Below the pieces are notes generated by a model that saw nothing but the letters and a program-made list of their open reading frames with translations, made no database searches and was not told where the DNA came from. A stretch of 40,197 nucleotides of DNA. It comes from Octopus bimaculoides. Its lineage: Eukaryota. The position numbers were made by a program, and so were the translations under genes. The stretch spans positions 30,940,108 through 30,980,304 of the forward strand of contig NC_068986.1 in the NCBI RefSeq assembly GCF_001194135.2, read 5' to 3'. Of the stretch, positions 35,304 to 40,197 are shown piece after piece; the first letter of the stretch is position 1; every line of letters begins with the position of its first letter.

Positions 35304-35346
<43 letters not shown>

Positions 35347-35791
35347 CCATTGTGTCACCAAAGACTGGGTCTTTGCATTCACTTGTGCTACATTCCTAGT
35401 TATATGTCTGACTAATAAATAATTCCTTTTAAGCATTCCTTTAATTGTGGTTTGGTTTCATAAGCTGAAATCAGAGTTCCTGCATTTTATTCATTTATTT
35501 ATTTACTTGTGTGGTCTGAATTAGAGAAAAAGATTACACTAGAAGTGCATGTGCACTTGAGCAGCAATGCCGAAATTATTTAAAGCTGATCAAAACATAC
35601 ACAGAAGAAAAAAAATAAACAGTCGAGAAGAATTCCAGTTTGAGAAGATAAGATTAGAACAGCACCACAAATAGTTTAACAGATGTATTGCTCTAGTGGT
35701 CCTGTCCAAAATTTCTGGGATGAACGAACAGCTGTGTGTGTGTGTGTGTGTGCATGCGCAACAGAGAGAGAGAGGGAGAGAGAGAGAGAGA

Positions 35792-36499
35792 NNNNNNNNN
35801 NNNNNNNNNNNNNNNNNNNNNNNNNNNNNNNNNNNNNNNNNNNNNNNNNNNNNNNNNNNNNNNNNNNNNNNNNNNNNNNNNNNNNNNNNNNNNNNNNNNN
35901 NNNNNNNNNNNNNNNNNNNNNNNNNNNNNNNNNNNNNNNNNNNNNNNNNNNNNNNNNNNNNNNNNNNNNNNNNNNNNNNNNNNNNNNNNNNNNNNNNNNN
36001 NNNNNNNNNNNNNNNNNNNNNNNNNNNNNNNNNNNNNNNNNNNNNNNNNNNNNNNNNNNNNNNNNNNNNNNNNNNNNNNNNNNNNNNNNNNNNNNNNNNN
36101 NNNNNNNNNNNNNNNNNNNNNNNNNNNNNNNNNNNNNNNNNNNNNNNNNNNNNNNNNNNNNNNNNNNNNNNNNNNNNNNNNNNNNNNNNNNNNNNNNNNN
36201 NNNNNNNNNNNNNNNNNNNNNNNNNNNNNNNNNNNNNNNNNNNNNNNNNNNNNNNNNNNNNNNNNNNNNNNNNNNNNNNNNNNNNNNNNNNNNNNNNNNN
36301 NNNNNNNNNNNNNNNNNNNNNNNNNNNNNNNNNNNNNNNNNNNNNNNNNNNNNNNNNNNNNNNNNNNNNNNNNNNNNNNNNNNNNNNNNNNNNNNNNNNN
36401 NNNNNNNNNNNNNNNNNNNNNNNNNNNNNNNNNNNNNNNNNNNNNNNNNNNNNNNNNNNNNNNNNNNNNNNNNNNNNNNNNNNNNNNNNNNNNNNNNNN
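35792..36499. other. Assembly gap (N run) after a (GA)n microsatellite
   Basis: N characters; source of four spurious X-rich ORFs. Confidence 0.99.
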
Positions 36500-37994
36500 A
36501 GTTGTAAAAGACTTCCTCAAGTCATTTTTCATTTTTTTTTTTTTAATTTGAAAGAAATCAATAAACTAAAAGCAATAGGTTGCTGTTGTTTAGCCCCAGG
36601 TCAGTTCAGACCAAGCTGACTGATCAAAAATGTTCCAGTCTAGACAATTTCATCTTTTTTTTCTTTATTGTTCAGGTGTCACAAGCAAGAATGACTTGAT
36701 CCAAAGTGTCCATGTTGTTGCTTTGCTGCCCCACTCCCACCAAAAAAAAACAAAACAAACAAACAAACAAAGAAGGAGTGAGGGGTGTTATCCAAAGGGC
36801 ATCTGGTTGCTATTTCTAGGAACTTGAATAACAGTACAGAAGCTGCAGTCATGGCTTAAAGAGGAAGAAGCTACATGATGATAGGTAATATCTCAGTACA
36901 CTTGTTAAGTGAATGAAGGAACTCTGCAAAACTAAGGAATATACAATCACTTTGATTGCCATACCTGCATCTTATAGATGAATATGAACAGTAATGACTG
37001 ATTTCTTATTGACACAAGGTAAATTAAATAGAGGAGAAATGCAAAGCTTGAATGAAGAAAGGCAGGTAGCAATTCAAGCAATTATAATGTATCTAGCCTT
37101 GTTCTTAGTCCATAACTAACACCATTTTCTGAACACAATGAACACAATTAAAACACAAAATAAGCAAAATGTAAAACAAAAGAAACAGAACCCCCCACCC
37201 CACCCATCCACCTATATTTAATAACATGAGGGATACACTGTACATGAGAGAACATTAAAACATAGCTTGGTTGCTAAAACATCATTTACAAAGAGTATAA
37301 AATCTATAATTAATAGTAAGCTATTATTATATGACGCAAGAAATTTAAAATACTGAAATATCACATTAGCGCCATGACACATTGGTTGTATGTGTTCTTA
37401 GATTTGCAAGCACACATTAGAGATTAACAGAGATGCTCTGCTCAAATTCTTATACTTCAAGCCAACCATCATGTCATGAATGTTAGAGACATTCTACTGA
37501 ATATTCTTTAAACAAATGTATTGATTTTCAAGGCTAGATGTTCGGAATTTTTACTTTAAATATATCTCACAGATAAAAATCACAATTTACATAATACAAT
37601 AAGATAAAGTATCTGATCTGAGCTAGTTGGTTTTCTGCTCCATAGTAACCTTAATATTTCAAGACAATTTTGTTTGATAGTATTTATGAAAAATGCTCAA
37701 TGAGTATTTATTCAGTACTTATACGCAATTTGTTTCTTCTAAGAATAACAAAAATATGCTAACCTTAGAGATTTTGTTTTATTAAAATAATTTCTATTTA
37801 AACAAACTACTTGTCTACTAAATAAATTGATAAAATAATAAATAGACTAGATTCACACAATAAAGTCTTCACAGAATATTTTATGTTAAAAGCATTTTTT
37901 TTATATTTCAACACACTAAGATATTTTCTAACTTATATTGCACACAATACAAGTTGCCTACTATAGGACTGAAAGCAGACTCTAGTCAGTAATA

Positions 37995-38190
37995 TGGCTT
38001 CAAATTTTGGCACAAGGCCAGCAATATTGAGAGGAAGTGGGTTAGTCAAGATCATCAACCTCAGTACTTGATTGGTACTTTATTTTATTGTTTATCAAGC
38101 CTGAAAGAATGAAAGACAAAATTAACCTTGGTGGTATTTGAACTCAGAAAGCAAAGAGCCAGAAGAAATGCCACCTAATACAAAGCTAAT
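37995..38190 (-). mobile_element. SINE family 3 copy
   Basis: aattttggcacaaggccagcaatattgagaggaagtgggttagtc...ggtatttgaactcagaa. Confidence 0.7.
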
Positions 38191-38956
38191 TCTACACATG
38201 CTCGGTATTGTTTTTTTATACACGGCAATCAGTTTAAACCACCACATTCCTAATAAGTGCTTGGACAACAAATAACAAACATTTATGGAGATATCCATGT
38301 ACTTCACACAGTCACAGCTACATTACAAAGGCTCTCTACTAAGCTAGATCAATATTCCAACCCTTAATAACTGGTTATCATAAAACCTATACCAGAGCAG
38401 AGATCCTACATTCAGAATAGACACTGTCACCACAAGCATTCTTGATGGCATCCAGTAAAGGCTGTGTGCCTGAGAGATAAGCCTTATCTCTCACCAATAC
38501 TCTGATGCAGTTGATCCACAACTAAACTGTCTTTCTCTAAGTCTACTAAATCTATCTTTTCTCTTTAAGCTTACTAACTCTAAGCCAACACAATCCACTT
38601 GGTGGATCAACCAATCTCATTATTTCTACAATTCCCCACTTCTCAATCCTTCTTAACCCAAAACTACATCCTTCTAGAATTCATCTTCTTTTCACCCACT
38701 AACCTACATAAATTCAAGTTGAATATTAATTATACTAAGCTCACCTCATTATCTCTATTCATTCCTCCTCTAGTCTATGAAAGTTTAAAAAACTAAAGAA
38801 CTACATTTCATTATATATTCACCAATAAATAGATAAATAAAATTTCAATACTTGATTTTAAATATTCCAATCTTTCTTGGAGGAAGCCTTTATATGGCTG
38901 TTCATGCAGCTAGAAACAAACCTCATATTACACCCTACAGTCTCAAAAAAAGAAGA

Positions 38957-38987
<31 letters not shown>

Positions 38988-39614
38988 CAAAAAACAGGAA
39001 TGGACATACTAGACTGTATAGCCCTAAATATACTATATCTGAATAAAAAATGAGATGGTCATGGCTGAAATTAGGACTGCTGCTTGTATTCAGAGACTAA
39101 CCCTAACACAACTAATACATCTATCACCTAGTTATCTTTATCTATCCCCACCCTCCCCAAAAAGACCTCTTCCTGTCTAGAAGGATAAAAAACGTAACGG
39201 GTACTGACTGTATTGGTTTCTTTATAGTTATGTACCAAATACATTTTTCAACACTTAATTTCAAACAAGGACAACAGAATTAGTTTTGTTGTTCTTGTTT
39301 GAAATTGTTTAACTATGAATATTATATTCTTCTAAATGAATAAGCAGCATTTGGTATTGACTCAACAAAGGTTACAATGGCCACTTCCAAATGGCCACTT
39401 CCAAAATGATGGAGGTCATATCTCACTGTAGAATGACAGATTCACACCAAACATCACAGAAATTAATAATTACACTCCATATCAGGAAAATCTTAAGTCT
39501 GCTACCAGAGTCTATCTCAGACTAGTTGATTAATTTCTTATTTAAATGGGTGATTAGACTAATTATGGATAGATTCTTGTCCAAACCTAAGACTGATTCT
39601 ATTGATCAGGCACA

Positions 39615-39780
39615 GACATAGCTGTGTGATTGAAAGGTTTGCTTTGTAACCATCTTTTTCCATGTTTGATTCTAATGTGTGGCCCACTGGACAAGTGTCT
39701 TATAGCATATCCTTGAATTGACTAATACCTTACAAGTAGAAGAAAGTAGATGGAAGCTCTCTCTCTCTCTTACACACACA
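39615..39780 (+). mobile_element. SINE family 1 5' fragment, degenerate
   Basis: catagctgtgtgattgaaaggtttgctttgtaacca...ggacaagtgtctt. Confidence 0.55.
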
Positions 39781-39974
39781 CATGTATATCATTATCATTT
39801 TAATGTCTGCTTTGCCATGCTTGCACAGGTCAGATGGAATTTACTGAGGCAGAATTTCAATAGCCAGACACTCTTTCTGTTGCCAAGCAAAGTAATATAA
39901 TTCCCCATGACTGTTTTGCAGATGATTGAGATGAATGACATTCATTTGAAACAATGACATGAAGAGAAGACAAG

Positions 39975-40137
39975 GAAGCATGTGTGCATACACACTCGAT
40001 CTTCTTTCAGTTTCTGTCTGAATCTGCTCGCAAGACTTTGGTCAGCTTGGGGCCACAGAAGAAAACACTTGCCTCAGTGCCACACTGTAGAAGTGAACCT
40101 GAAACCACATACCCAGGAAGTAAACTTTTGAACTACA

Positions 40138-40140
<3 letters not shown>
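39975..40140 (-). mobile_element. SINE family 1 5' half
   Basis: ttctttcagtttctgtctg...aaacacttgcctcagtgccacactgtagaagtgaacctgaaaccacat. Confidence 0.65.
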
Positions 40141-40176
<36 letters not shown>

Positions 40177-40197
40177 TATATATATATATATATATAT

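Noticed and set aside
35683-36619. Four long ORFs of 271-307 aa
   Set aside because: Composed almost entirely of X from the N gap plus microsatellite translation.

Overview
AT-rich, repeat-laden eukaryotic draft-assembly DNA with three N gaps. The microsatellite load and SINE/RTE repertoire suggest an octopus or other coleoid genome; this is inference, not verified. The only protein-coding gene I can support is the 3' part of an Enhancer of Polycomb (EPC1/EPC2-like, NuA4/TIP60 scaffold) gene on the minus strand. I reconstructed 12 GT-AG coding exons by hand (31313 down to the stop at 9468-9470). They join in frame to 1788 nt (595 aa + stop) and end in PMDVT*. The N-terminal exons were not found and lie beyond the window or in an N gap. 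The rest is intron, 3' UTR or intergenic DNA with several tRNA-type SINE families, RTE/CR1/HERO LINE fragments and two MITE types. Two observations stand out. First, an inverted pair of decayed repeats at 23408-23798 whose two copies jointly reconstruct a minimal type I hammerhead ribozyme; the plus-strand copy runs directly into an RTE-type 3' tail, suggesting a possible ribozyme-headed SINE. Second, a perfect 68-bp-arm palindrome at 32791-32933. Most ORFs in the supplied track are artefacts of microsatellites, repeats or N gaps.
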